The notes below the pieces were generated by a model. That model had not been told where the DNA came from. It made no database searches and saw only the letters and a program-made list of their open reading frames with translations. A DNA stretch of 64,000 nucleotides from Squalus acanthias (lineage: Eukaryota), in assembly GCA_030390025.1 (NCBI GenBank), contig CM059433.1, positions 14,138,001-14,202,000 of the forward strand, written 5' to 3'. Below are positions 49,859-61,322 of the stretch, piece by piece. Positions within the stretch are counted from its first letter, which is position 1; the number at the start of each line of letters is the position of its first letter. Position numbers and translations under genes: made by a program.

Positions 49859-51118
49859 GTATGACTGATACATCTCAAATCTTGATATATATATATATAT
49901 ATATTACAAATAATGGTGAAAGATTTCTTCCGTGTGCTTTGTATAACAAAATCAGAACCCTATTCTTTGGAAGTAGATTGTCAATTTTGATGCACACAAT
50001 GCACAAGAAAAGTTTTCCCTCACTATCATTGCTTCATCTGAGCTGTTGCTGTCCTTTGCTCGCAACTTACTTGTGGACTGAAGAAATTTTCAGTTATAAT
50101 CAAGTTCCGTCAATTTGTAGAGCAATATCGTAAATATAACAGACGTATTCCTGGCTTGTTTTATATTGGATGCATAATTCATGTGCAGCACAGCTCATGA
50201 GTAGGGGCATGGTACAAATCCTTCCTTATTCATGGAGTTTATTGATCAATAAAGAGAAAACAAAAGATACCAAATATAATTACTGCAAAAATATCTAATT
50301 ACAGGGTGTGTGCCCCATACCACCTGACCATAGAGGTTTACAGCACTGAAGGCGGCCATTTGGCACATCATGTCTTCTAGAGCAACCTTGATTCATGATT
50401 TTACATTTAGAGCATAAACACACACGACCACCACCTTGGGACATTTTTAGTGTGTGTAATTGAATAGTAAATCTTCTGCTAATAGCAGACCGATGACTAT
50501 ACTCTGAGGATTCCACTTAGACTGGTAGCCAAACATTTCCTGTCAAATCATCGGAGAACTGGGTAGTGTAAACAATAGTTAGGCAAAATTTACTTGTATA
50601 TCTGTATTGGATCTTCATTTTCATTGGTGTGAAATATTGATGAAATAATCAATAATATGATATAGGAAAAATATTAATGTCCACTGACTGACTATGGGTT
50701 TCCATTGTAATATCACTTGATAAATATTTGGGTTAAACTATTTCTTAATTTAACTAATTGATTGCCCCATTAAATACAGTGACAGGGGGGTTCATACAAG
50801 TTTCAACTGAAACTATAGAGTGCATCATTATCATAAACCAATATATTCTGCTCATCAAGAAATTGAAGTGTTGTTATTTTTAACTCTGTAAAATGAAAAA
50901 GAAACATGCAGAACACAGAAACATGTGTTTATAGCCCTGACGCACATCTGAATAACATGTTTTGGAGAGAAAAATAACAGTGGAGGACAGAGTGAGTGGG
51001 TGAGAAGACCATTCATTCAGCATAAGGATGTGCTTTTCAATGTAATCATTTTAGAAGGAGTTCCTTTTGCTGAAAACTGGATGTCAGTATTTAAGGTCTC
51101 TAGGTTATTAGAAACTAA

Positions 51119-51543
51119 GGGAACAATTTTAACCTAATCCGCCCGTCGGGAAACTTACGGATTGGGTGCCACACTGGTTTTACACACTGCCTGGTATTAC
51201 TCTCCATTGACCTCTGTTGCCTTGGCCCTAAGCTCTGGAATTCCCTGCCTAAACCTCTCCACCTCGCTACCTCTCTCTCCTCTTTTAAGACGCTCCTTAA
51301 AACCTATCTCTTTGACCAAGCTTTTGGTCACCTGCCCTAATTTATCCTTATGTGGATCGGTGTCATATTTTTAATCTTAAAATACTCCTGTGCAGCGCCT
51401 TGGGACATTTTACTATGTTAAAGGCGCTATATAAATACAAGTTGTTGTTGTTGTTGAGAGTAAAATTTGGAAAGGTGTAAAACCGGCACGGCACCCAATC
51501 CTGTGGGCATCCTGCCTGGCGAGTTCAGTTAAAGATACCCCCT
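51119..51543. mobile_element. Hairpin MITE with a nested L2 3' fragment (~51212-51456, +)
   Basis: Ends gggaacaattttaac / gttaaagatacccc. The L2 piece ends aaaggcgctatataaatacaag(ttg)n. Confidence 0.65.
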
Positions 51544-51743
51544 AATACTCAGGTTGAAGTGTTGAGAATATTAGCAAACAAAAAAGAAAAGGCAAAAGTT
51601 CCAATTTTCTCAATTAACGAGCCAGAGGTAATGATGCACAGCTCCTGAAGAATCAACGGTGTCCAGTTTCCACTCCTTTATGGAATCCGGGTGGGATCAG
51701 CCGAACCAGCGCAAAAGATTGGGGAATTTTAAACGGGAAGTTA

Positions 51744-52835
51744 TACATAGATACATAGATACATAGAAGATAGGAGCAGGAGTAGGCCATCCGGCCCTTC
51801 GAGCCTGCTCCGCCATTTAATGAGATCATGGCTGATCCTCCAATTCAGTATCCCGTCCCCGCCTTCTCTCCGTAACCCTTAACCCCTTTTGCCTGTAGAA
51901 ATATATCTAATTCCCTCTTAAATATATTTAATGAGCTGGTGTACACTGCCCTCTGTGGCAATGAGTTCCACAGGTTCACCACCCTCTGAGTGAAGAAATT
52001 CCCCCTCATTTCTGTCCTAAATGGTTTAGCCCTTATCCTTAAATTATGTCCTCTAGTTCTGTTCTCACCCGCCAAGGGAAACATCCCTTCTGCATCTAGT
52101 CTGTCTAGACCTGTCAGAATTTTATACACTTCTATGAGGTCCCCTCTCAATCTTCTAAACTCCAGTGTGTACATCCCTAAACTACATAGTCTCTCCTCAT
52201 AGGTCAATCCCGCCATTCCTGGTATCAGCCTGGTGAATCGCCGCTGCACCCCCTCCATGGCAAGAACATCTTTCCTCAGATGAGGCGACCAAAACTGTAC
52301 ACAGTACTCGAGGTGTGGTCTCACCAGTGCCCTGTACAGCTGCAGCAAGGTATCCCTGTTCCTGTATTCCAACCCTTTTGCTATGAAGGCCAGCATACCG
52401 TTTGCCTTCTTGATCGCCTGTTGCACCTGCATGCTCGCCTTCAGTGACTGGTGTACAAGAACACCCAGGTCTCTCTGTACTTCCCCCTCTCCCAATTTAT
52501 TGCCATTTAAATAATAATTTGCCCTCCCGTTCCTGCACCCAAGGTGGATAACTTCGCACTTGTCCACATTATAGTGCATCTGCCATTTATCCGCCCAATC
52601 ACCCAGTCTGTCCAAATCGCTCTGGAGCTTCCTGGTCTCCTCCTCTGAGCCCACCCCCCCTCCTAGTTTAGTGTCGTCTGCAAATTTGGAAATGCTGCAT
52701 CCGACTCCCTGATCCAGGTCATTAATGTATATTGTGAACAGCTGGGGACCCAGGACAGATCCCTGTGGTACCCCACTTGTTACTGCCTGCCATTCAGAAA
52801 ATGAGCCGTTTATTCCAACTCTCTGTTTTCTATCC
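51744..52835 (-). mobile_element. Young 5'-truncated CR1 with an uninterrupted RT C-terminal frame
   Basis: RKQRVGING..VTSGVPQGSVLGPQLFTIYINDLD..KFADDTKL... is open to the stop at 51845. It has a (CATAGATA)n tail and aagttat duplicated on both flanks. Confidence 0.95.
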
Positions 52836-53095
52836 AAGTTATGCTCCAAACCACTTACGCTTGTGTTTTCCGTGATCTTTTACGTTGGTTCAAGATGCGA
52901 TTCGCCTGAATAAGCCCCCGCCCACGAAACTGGACACGCCCCCCAGGTCGACATTGCGAGATTGCGCAGGTTCGGGGAGGCTTTTCAAATTACGCTCATT
53001 TTCTTAGCCGCACAGGCACGTTTGAAAAGTGTGAAAATTTGAAAATTTAATTTGCTAAGAAACTGACCAGTGTCGACCAATGAAGCTATTAAATT

Positions 53096-53322
53096 CAAAA
53101 AGAAAATACTGCAGATGCTGGAAATCTGAAATAAAAACAGAAAATGCTGGAGATACTCAGCAGGTTAGGCAGCATCTGTGAAGAGAGAAACAGAGTTAAT
53201 GTTTCAGGTCGATGACCTTTCATCAGAACTGGAAAAAACCAGGAAATGGAACAGATTTATCTGTTCCATTTCCTGCTTTTTTCCAATTCTGACAAAAGGT
53301 CATTGACCTGAAACGTTAACTC
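53096..53322. mobile_element. Penelope-derived fold-back element (family A) with two opposed hammerhead motifs
   Basis: Inverted arms centred on gaacagat-tt-atctgttc (~53257). A 15-bp TSD tgaa[g/a]ctattaaatt lies at 53081-95 / 53323-37. Confidence 0.85.
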
Positions 53323-53790
53323 TGAAACTATTAAATTGTTCAGTATAGTTTTTTTTAAAGTCATTTTCAGTGATTTTAAATCAGGTTACTCACAGGTGGA
53401 GGACTGGACACCCTTATTAAAAATGCTTATTTTTGCTGATGAACCCCAGTTTCAGCTGAATTAATAAAACTCCACCAGGTTACTGCTCTTAAATACATCA
53501 AAGAATACTTTTTAATAGAAAGAAAAGAAACAATTACGCTCTATTACACTGCCTGATTGCGCTGGTTCATAGAAGATTTCATGCTTGTGATTATGCAAAT
53601 AGCTTTCAGCAGAAACTTGAACTGTAACCTAACCCACGCAATTTCGAGCGCATTTTGGGCTCAATTTCCCGATTGCGCTCAAAGCAGAAACTCTCCCCCA
53701 ACACGTCTTTATTTGGCAGCATGAGTAGGGAGGGCAGCAGGGGACAGACAAGAAACAGGTACGGAACAACTAGCATTTATATAATGCTAC

Positions 53791-53993
53791 AGCAAAATAC
53801 TGCGGATGCTGGAAATCTGAAATAACAAGAGAAAATGCTGGAAACACTCAGCAGGCCAGGCAGCATCCATGGAGAGAGAGAAACAGAGTTAACGTTTCAG
53901 AACAAGGTCCCAGACCTGAAACGTTAACTCTGTTTCTCTCTCCACGGATGCTGCCTGGCCTGCTGAGTAGTTTCCAGCATTTCCTGCTGTTAT
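53791..53993. mobile_element. Penelope-derived fold-back element (family A), centre deleted
   Basis: Inverted arms ~53820-53900 / 53916-53995 with a perfect 15-bp TSD tttatataatgctac at 53776-90 / 53994-54008. Confidence 0.85.
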
Positions 53994-54984
53994 TTTATAT
54001 AATGCTACTGGGCAATGTACCAAAGCAATGTAGACTGAGGGGGAAAACTGGTAGATGTTGAAACAGGTGGGAAAAAGCACAGGGTAACTGGAGTTTTGAG
54101 ATGTTTTATGAATGCAGAGTAGAAGATGGCAGAGTGGAGATATCTAAGGAGAGTTGCGGAAAGCCTAGGCGTAAAAGTTGTAAGAGTGGCCAACAATGAT
54201 GGAGTAGAAGAAACGGAGATTAAAGAGTGACCAGAACCAATTTGCAGCATTTTCGGTTCTTACTTTAATGAATGTGCAAGTTCAAAGCTTTGTTTGAAGA
54301 TACTTTTGCTAATGTTTGACATCAAATTAAAATACTGCGATGGCAGTTGAAAGAGTTTGATATATTCATCAAGTCTTAAGTGTGAAGACACAGTTCTACT
54401 ATTGAATTAGCTTGTCAGGCATGAACAGTAGTTCTGAAAAAAAAAACCTTTCAACCTACATGGGAAGAGGGCGGGCTAATGAATATTAATGACACCTTCA
54501 AGAAAAGAATAAAGGAACTAATTACTGAGATCAGCAAGTTAATTAAAATTAAGTTAAACAGAATGAATTTTACAGCTGTCGTGGAAGTCCAAAAAGCCAA
54601 GGTTAGATTCTCCAGTTTTTGAAATATCGGACAGGTAATATGCCCTGTGTGAAGAAACAGTTGAACTGATTATACACATTTACTTCCTTAATTCAATCAT
54701 ATGAATAGACTAAAATATTGCTACATGGTTTGAATTTGTAATTTGCTGTAGTGGTTTAGAAATTAGCGTTGATTAGAAACAGCTTTAAAGCAAATGTTGC
54801 AAGGGTTACACCTGATGGCTAACGAATAGCTAATGATAGTTAAAGAATCCACATGACTACACAAAATTTATTAATAAAGAGACCAGAATTAGAGATTATG
54901 GCATGCACGCCAATGGTTTCAACTTAGTTCATCAGACTGAAAATCAGACCACAGTTCAGCAATGTCTTCAATAAGCGAGTGGCA

Positions 54985-55152
54985 TAGGAATCAAGGCAGC
55001 ATTCTCGAGGGTAGCGCTAAACAGTATTGCTTCGGCTGGCAGTTATACATCCCTTTGACTTCAACAGAACTGAATATAGAGCCGGCCACATAACTGGCGG
55101 CCGAAGCAATAACGCTGGTTTTGCGCTACCGCCAAGGTCGAATTTCTACCCC
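54985..55152. mobile_element. Short hairpin MITE remnant
   Basis: Internal symmetry ggtagcgc..attgcttcggc / gccgaagcaat..gcgctacc. It ends aatttctacccc-taa. Confidence 0.5.
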
Positions 55153-55799
55153 TAACAGGCCATTTGCTAAAGATGTGAAAATCCCTTATTCGGGAATAGT
55201 GAGGAGCTCCGTCTTATGTCTGATTTGATCATTCTTCCCTGGCTGGACATAGCGCAGCATATATGCAGAGTATACTTTCCCCAACAATCTTCCTCAGCCC
55301 CACAGTCAGAAAAGCAACTCCCAATGCACCAGTCTGACACTTTTTCCATGTCTCACATCAGCCATCCTGTGGCCTCTTTTTTGCAAGATTGTGCCAAATT
55401 TGTGCCATATTAAGGGTCCTTTGGTACATGTGCCCACTCGGAACTGGATTGACACTGCCCAAACCCAACTCGCATATGACTCTTACAACCAGCAGGTAGA
55501 GCAGCCTTTGATCCAAAGGGGTAGATTTCCAGGTGGCTGTCCTGGCACAAATCAGGCATTGCGGATCGGCTGCTCGTTACAGAAACCGCACAGTTTTCAT
55601 TCCCGTTGATTTCATAGGCAGCCAAGCTGCAACATCAGTTGTGATGGTCGGGCCTCATCTACATTTCCTTAGCGGGCTGCCCACACATTTCAAGTGGTGA
55701 TGGGCAACTTGCCCAATTCGAGGGCAGGATTTCCGGTGGGCCCCCGGTGCCCAGTTAAATAGTGAATGCCCCTCTTAAAGTGAGGTGTCATTTAACTCG

Positions 55800-57397
55800 A
55801 TGCTGTCACTGGAAGGCTTTTGGACAAGAAGATATCACAGGCAAGAGAACCTTGATTCTCTGACACAAGTGCTGTAGAGCAGGTGAGGACACGCAGGCAG
55901 GTCCTGTTCCCATTGGATGGTGGCAGATCTGGAGGGAGTTGGCAGACAATGCCCACAGCATCACCATGTGATGTCTTAGTTGCACAGTAATGTTGTGCAG
56001 AATGCAGAAGACGCTCACAATCCTGGAGACTCTCTGCTGAAAGCCCCCAGACCTGTCTAGGCAGCAAAAGCATTGTTTGAGCAGTCCAATTGTGTGCTTG
56101 GCGATGGCGCTAGTGGTCGCATGGCTCTGGTTGCACCTCTGTTCAGTGGGAGAGAGCGGTTTGTATTGTGGTGCCATCACTGCCTCGTTGACTGCCACAG
56201 GCAATGCTTGGCCAGCTGGGAGAGCAGGTTGCAGGTCTTGCTGCAAGAGGCAGGACAACCTCCCTGGAGAAGCTCAGCCTCCTGATGCACTGCTCCTTGG
56301 AAAGCTGGAGGTAGGTGCCTCTGGGCCTATCGAGCCTCTGGTCAGCAGGTGTCAGCCGTGGCTCAGTGGGTAGCACTCTCTCCTCTGAGTCAGAAGGTTG
56401 TGGGTTCACAGTCCCACTCCAGGGACTTGAGCACAAAATCTAGGCTGACACTCCCAGTGCAGTGCTGAGGGAGTGCTACACTGACGGAGGTGCCATCTTT
56501 TGGATGAGGTGTTAAACTGAAGCCCCGTCTGCCCTCTCAGGTGGACGTAAAAGATCCCATTTTGAAGAAGATGAGGGAAATTCTCTCTGGTGTCCTGGCC
56601 AATAGTTATCCCTCAATCAAAATCTTTTAAAAAAAAGCAGATTATCAGGTCATTATCACATTGCTGTTTGTGGGAGCTTGCTGTGCGTACATTGGCTGCA
56701 GCGTTTCCTACATTACAACAATGACTATACTTCAAAAGAACTTCATTGGCTGTAAAATGCTTTAGGACGTGCTGAGGCCATGAAAGGCGCTATATAAATG
56801 CAAGTCTTTCTTTCTTCTTTCTTGCTATTGGTAGTTTTAGGACACCTGCGAACAGCCCTCCTCGTATGTGGTCTCCTCAGAGTCCCAACTGCGGTTCCTT
56901 GAGGTTTCCTGGCCTGCTGCTCCTGTTTCTCCAACCACAGTAAAAATGGCCACGATGAATCCCATCTTTGAACCTTCACCTCCTTGAAGTTTTTGAAGCG
57001 GAAGAACACTGATACTGTGCGAGCTCCAGTGGGAAAACATGTGAAGAAATCCAGCCAGGTGAATTGTACACAGATACCAATGATCTTAGTACATACAATT
57101 TGAGTTGCTGTTTCATGTCTGTACGGGGCAGGTCCAAGCACTGGGTGCCAGGTCTGCTTTTGCCAGTGAAAATGGTATTGGGGTCCTAGTGATATCATAG
57201 GAAGCCAATTTAAATACATTGCTGAGGCTTCCGCCTGCTTTAGGCGCGTGCCTGGCCTGGGCCGCCCTAGTGAAGGCCCCGAGAAAAATGGTGGCAGGTG
57301 GAAACAAAGCAGGAATGGGATGGTCAGTACAGCATTGTGATTTGTGTGTTACTACCGCCCTGTTCCTACCAGGCAGAGCGAGTTAAAATTGGGCCTA
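55800..57397 (-). mobile_element. Degraded Harbinger transposase (HARBI1/DDE_Tnp_4-like) element
   Basis: YLQLSKEQCIRRLSFSREVV..LLQQDLQP..ALPVAV fused to PTEQRCNQSHATT..HTIGLLKQCFCCLDRSGG..RIVSVFCILHN. Right end aaaattgggcc, with a SINE inserted. Confidence 0.75.
56350..56820 (+). mobile_element. Deu-type tRNA SINE, full length
   Basis: Same head, core and tail as 23333 and 1152, ending gaaaggcgctatataaatgcaagtc(tttc)n. Confidence 0.9.
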
Positions 57398-58488
57398 CTG
57401 ATGCTGTAAGAGTTGCTCAGCAGATTTCCCATTTGTTTTAAACTGCCACATATTTTTTTAAACTAAATGCAACTAAAACTTTAATATAAAAATTTCATAG
57501 AACCGCTCGACGATGTACCACATTTCTTAGCATTTAAATTCTTTGATGTGTTAAATCCAAAGAATCTTTTCATGTGCTACGCTAATCCTAGATTCACAAG
57601 CCTTGTCTTATTTTATCTCCTAGAAAATCACCCTAGGCTACAGCCCTCATCTACTATCTCAACACAACACTGTGGGCAATTACATTTTTGAAACGTCTTC
57701 CATTTCATTTGATAAATGTCCTTTCCTTCACGATGGATATAAACCTGTTTTTCATCACCTGTCATTCATTTTGAAAAATATGATGTACAGTTTAATGCAT
57801 TTGTTATCAATAAATGGGACACACACGAAACAAAATATTGGCGGTGAAATGTCTATTTGGCAAATACTGCAAGATTGTATCCAGCGCACATTTTTTAATA
57901 TGGTGACAAATGTTAGCCTTGGATTAAAAAACAGAGGTTAAATCAATAATTCCGGTTTGTACTTGGGAATTAAATCTAGTATTTCAGTTTCTCATCGGAG
58001 ATCCACAACAGGTGCAGCAGGCAAAGATAAATCCAGTCTGCTCCACAGGGTCCCTCTTTCTCCACAAATAAAAAAAATATTAATCCAAATAGAGCGTTGA
58101 ATTTCAATGTTAAAGCAGTCTGTCATTACAGATGTAACAGAACGGTGTTTGCAAATGACGCACATTAAGAGAGCAACAACATGCCGAAAATAAATGCCCT
58201 CATTGTGGATGAGTAGCTAGAAATTCAGCTTCAGAATTATATCACAATATTTTGGATTTTAACATTTGAGAAAATCACATCACCTATAGACTGTGGGGCA
58301 TTCGACAGTGTTGGGCTCTCTTAAGTATGGACCACAACAGTGTTCAGGACACAGCTCTGCATTTGGTTGTCTAGTTGCGCTGGATGACAACTGGAAGGGG
58401 AAGGGTATGTTTGAACAGATATTCCTTTTCCATTTCTGTATTTCGGTTCCGGCATGATTTAGTGGAGGGAATGAAAGCGAGTTTCATT

Positions 58489-60126
58489 AGCCCGAAAATT
58501 AGACCTAATACGCGAGAGTACGCACTGTGTACTCTCGCGTTTTAGGTCTCCAATTGCCGGTTTCCTGCATGCACTGCGCATGCGCGGGAAACCGGCACTT
58601 CGTGAATTCAAAAGGGGGCGGTTACTAAGTGAACCGCGTGCGCGCTACAGGCTGCGCGCACGCAGTGCACTTAGTGCTTTGAACGCGCAGGTAAGCATGG
58701 AAGATTTTACACATAAAGAAAGGAGGCGTAAGACCCTCTTTTAACAAGGTAAGTAGTTAATTAAGTATTATTTTAAATTTTTTCAACAGGTTTATCTTTT
58801 TTAGAGACTTTAAAGAAAGGCAAGTTTATTTTTATAACTTTTAAAAAGATTTAAAAAAATTTCAAAAATTTAATTTTTTGTTTAAAGTGGTTAATTTATT
58901 TAACTATACTTATTTTATTAATGTGATGGCTTTTTTTTAAATTTAATTGAGGTTTAGCTGTTCTTTTGGGGGTGTGTAGGATTCATAGCTTTGACAGCCC
59001 TTGCTGTTAAAACTATGAATGAAAGATGGTGTGCTGCCATTGGCTCTAACTGAATCACGTGATCCCAGAGCTCGCATGAACTAATTGCGTCTCTGGGTCA
59101 CGCAAGCACTGCACAGCTGCAGCCTTGAAACTAAAGTTCGTGTGGGCCTGGAGGAAAAAGGTAGGCGCGGAGTGAGATATCGCGGGGAAGCCTTACCCCC
59201 GCGTGAACACTCAGGGGTAGAAATTAGGTCGCGCCCCATTTGGGGCGCAAATATCGTCCGGACGCAAATATTAGCGCCTGGCGCTAATTATCGGCACTGA
59301 CGGGAAACTTCACTTTTACCGCCCCGGGAGGTGAGTGGAGCGCTAAAGCAGGCGCTGCACACCTCTCTTAAGGTGCAAAGGCCGAGCAGTGAGGCGCTAA
59401 CTCGGAGCGCTGGCGAAGCTCATGTAATGTCAGTCAGCAATGGAACACACACACAATGGCACGGGCCAGTTCTTAAAGGGGATGGTTAATCTTGCTTTCC
59501 ATCCACATCCTGTTCATTGCTGCCTTGAATCTCGGCCTGGAGAGACTTGCACATCAAATGTGCTGGAAAGAACAATGGAGAGCACCAGGCAAAGAGCTCA
59601 TAGTGCAGCTCCCACGCTCTCTGCTAAATCGATACAAGGAATGGCAAATCAAAATGAACCTGCAAAGTGCTGCTCAGTACCCAAAACTCCTTCACACAAC
59701 GTTGAATCTCTCCAGAAGTCTCTCCCTCTCTCTCTCAGAATGCGTAGTTCAAAAATGCCACCAACAATAAAAGACAGGAAGAGGCCCCCTTTAAATAGCG
59801 CCCCCCCCAGCCCCACAGCGATTGATAGCGTTCCAGTCTTCTGGTCGTTGGAAGCGGCAGGCGGTAAGGCAGGGGGCGCCACTCAATTTCCGCTACGGGG
59901 CGCCCCAAGGGCGTTGCACCATGGAATGACGTCACAATCTGCGCGCGCAGGTGGTCACAGCGGTAAGTTTTAGCGCCGCCGCACAATCTCAAGTTAAGTT
60001 CTCGAGCGGCGCAAACATCGCTGCGCCCGGGCGTTAGCGGCTTTGCGCCCCATTAGCGCCCTCTTAAGGCGCTAACGGGTGGCGCAACCAAGTGAATTTT
60101 TCCCCCTCAGTGTTTAATTTCTGGGC
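58489..60126. mobile_element. MITE hosting M1 copy 3
   Basis: TIRs (tt)agcccgaaaatta / taatttctgggct(aa), with several internal palindromes at 58500-58680. Confidence 0.7.
59214..60106 (-). mobile_element. Harbinger-type MITE family M1, copy 3 (diverged subfamily)
   Basis: Reverse complement homolog of 13506-14398, with a TCA TSD at 59211-13 / 60107-09. Confidence 0.9.
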
Positions 60127-60370
60127 TAATATCTAATAGAAAGGGATAAATTTAATCCTATGGTAGTTTAACAAGATTTAAGCAGTTTCCTGTTGGTTTA
60201 GTGATGAGGTGGTAGTCTGCATGGACCACTCCCGGCCACACACAGGCTTGTTTTGTTTTTCATTTTAAGGTCAGGTGAGAATTTGGACCATTCGCATATC
60301 ATTTTTTTGCAATAAGAATGACAATCCCAAGTATGTACTTTGCTTTCAACAGTTCATTAAAATCCTTTAA

Positions 60371-60695
60371 TAACAACAACAACAACAACAACTTGTATTT
60401 ATATAGTGCCTTTAACGTAGTAAAGCGTCCCAAGCTGCTGCACAGGAGTATTTTAAGACAAAAAATTTGACACCGAGCCACATAAGGATAAATTTGGGCA
60501 GGTGACCAAAAGCTTGGTCAAAGAGGTAGGTTTTAAGGAGCGTCTTAAAGGAGGAAAGAGAGGTAGCGAGGCGGACAGGTTTAGGCAGGGAATTCCAGAG
60601 CTTAGGGCCTAGGCAACAGAAGGCACGGCCACCAATGGTTGAGCGATTATAATCAGGGATCCTCAAGAGGGCAGAATTAGAGGAGCGCAGATATC
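60371..60695 (-). mobile_element. L2 LINE 3' fragment
   Basis: L2 ORF2 end RIP..STIGGRAFCCLGPKLWNSLPK..SFKTLLKTYLF, with an (AAC)n tail. Confidence 0.88.
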
Positions 60696-61322
60696 ATTAA
60701 TATCTGATAGTTCATTAATAGCTGAACAATATGTGTTTTGACTTCATAGAATACTTATTTTGTTGGCATATTGAGTGCAATTTTTTCAAACTATGAAAAT
60801 GCAGTTATATTTAATGCTAATCACTGTCATGAAAAAGTTTATAAGCAAAAGGTTTCATGGATATGAACGTGTTTTCTAGTAAATTTGTTTTCCAACTTGT
60901 GATGTAAAAATCTAAGTCCCATTGTAGTATAAATTCCAATTTGAGAGGAAGATTTCACAACCGTGACCTTTCAAATAAGTTCTATTTATTTTGGTTCTAG
61001 CCTACACAATCTGATCAGCATTTTTTTTAATAACAGTACTGCCCTTTTTTTATTATCTCGCTCTTCATTGCATTGCAGTTAATAGCACATTATTACAGGC
61101 CCCTGACCACTACTTGCCTAGGCTTATAGTTTGTCTTTATCAACACTATATTGATCACTCTTGAGGTATTGCTTTTCCTTGTTTGCTGTAATTTCTCAGA
61201 TCATTACCTCTAAAATGCAGTTGCTTGACTAGAATTTTCAGGTTATCGGTGAGAAAGTTTTTTTTTCCAAACTGTCAAAGTACAGAGAGTTCCTACAATG
61301 CATCACACACAGAATGATATTG

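Larger units (their letters stand above)
51657..53699 (+). mobile_element. MITE family M2 copy hosting a CR1 and a PLE fold-back
   Basis: Pieces 51657-51744, 52836-53095 and 53323-53699 align with the other M2 copies. It ends gaaactctcccc. Confidence 0.7.
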
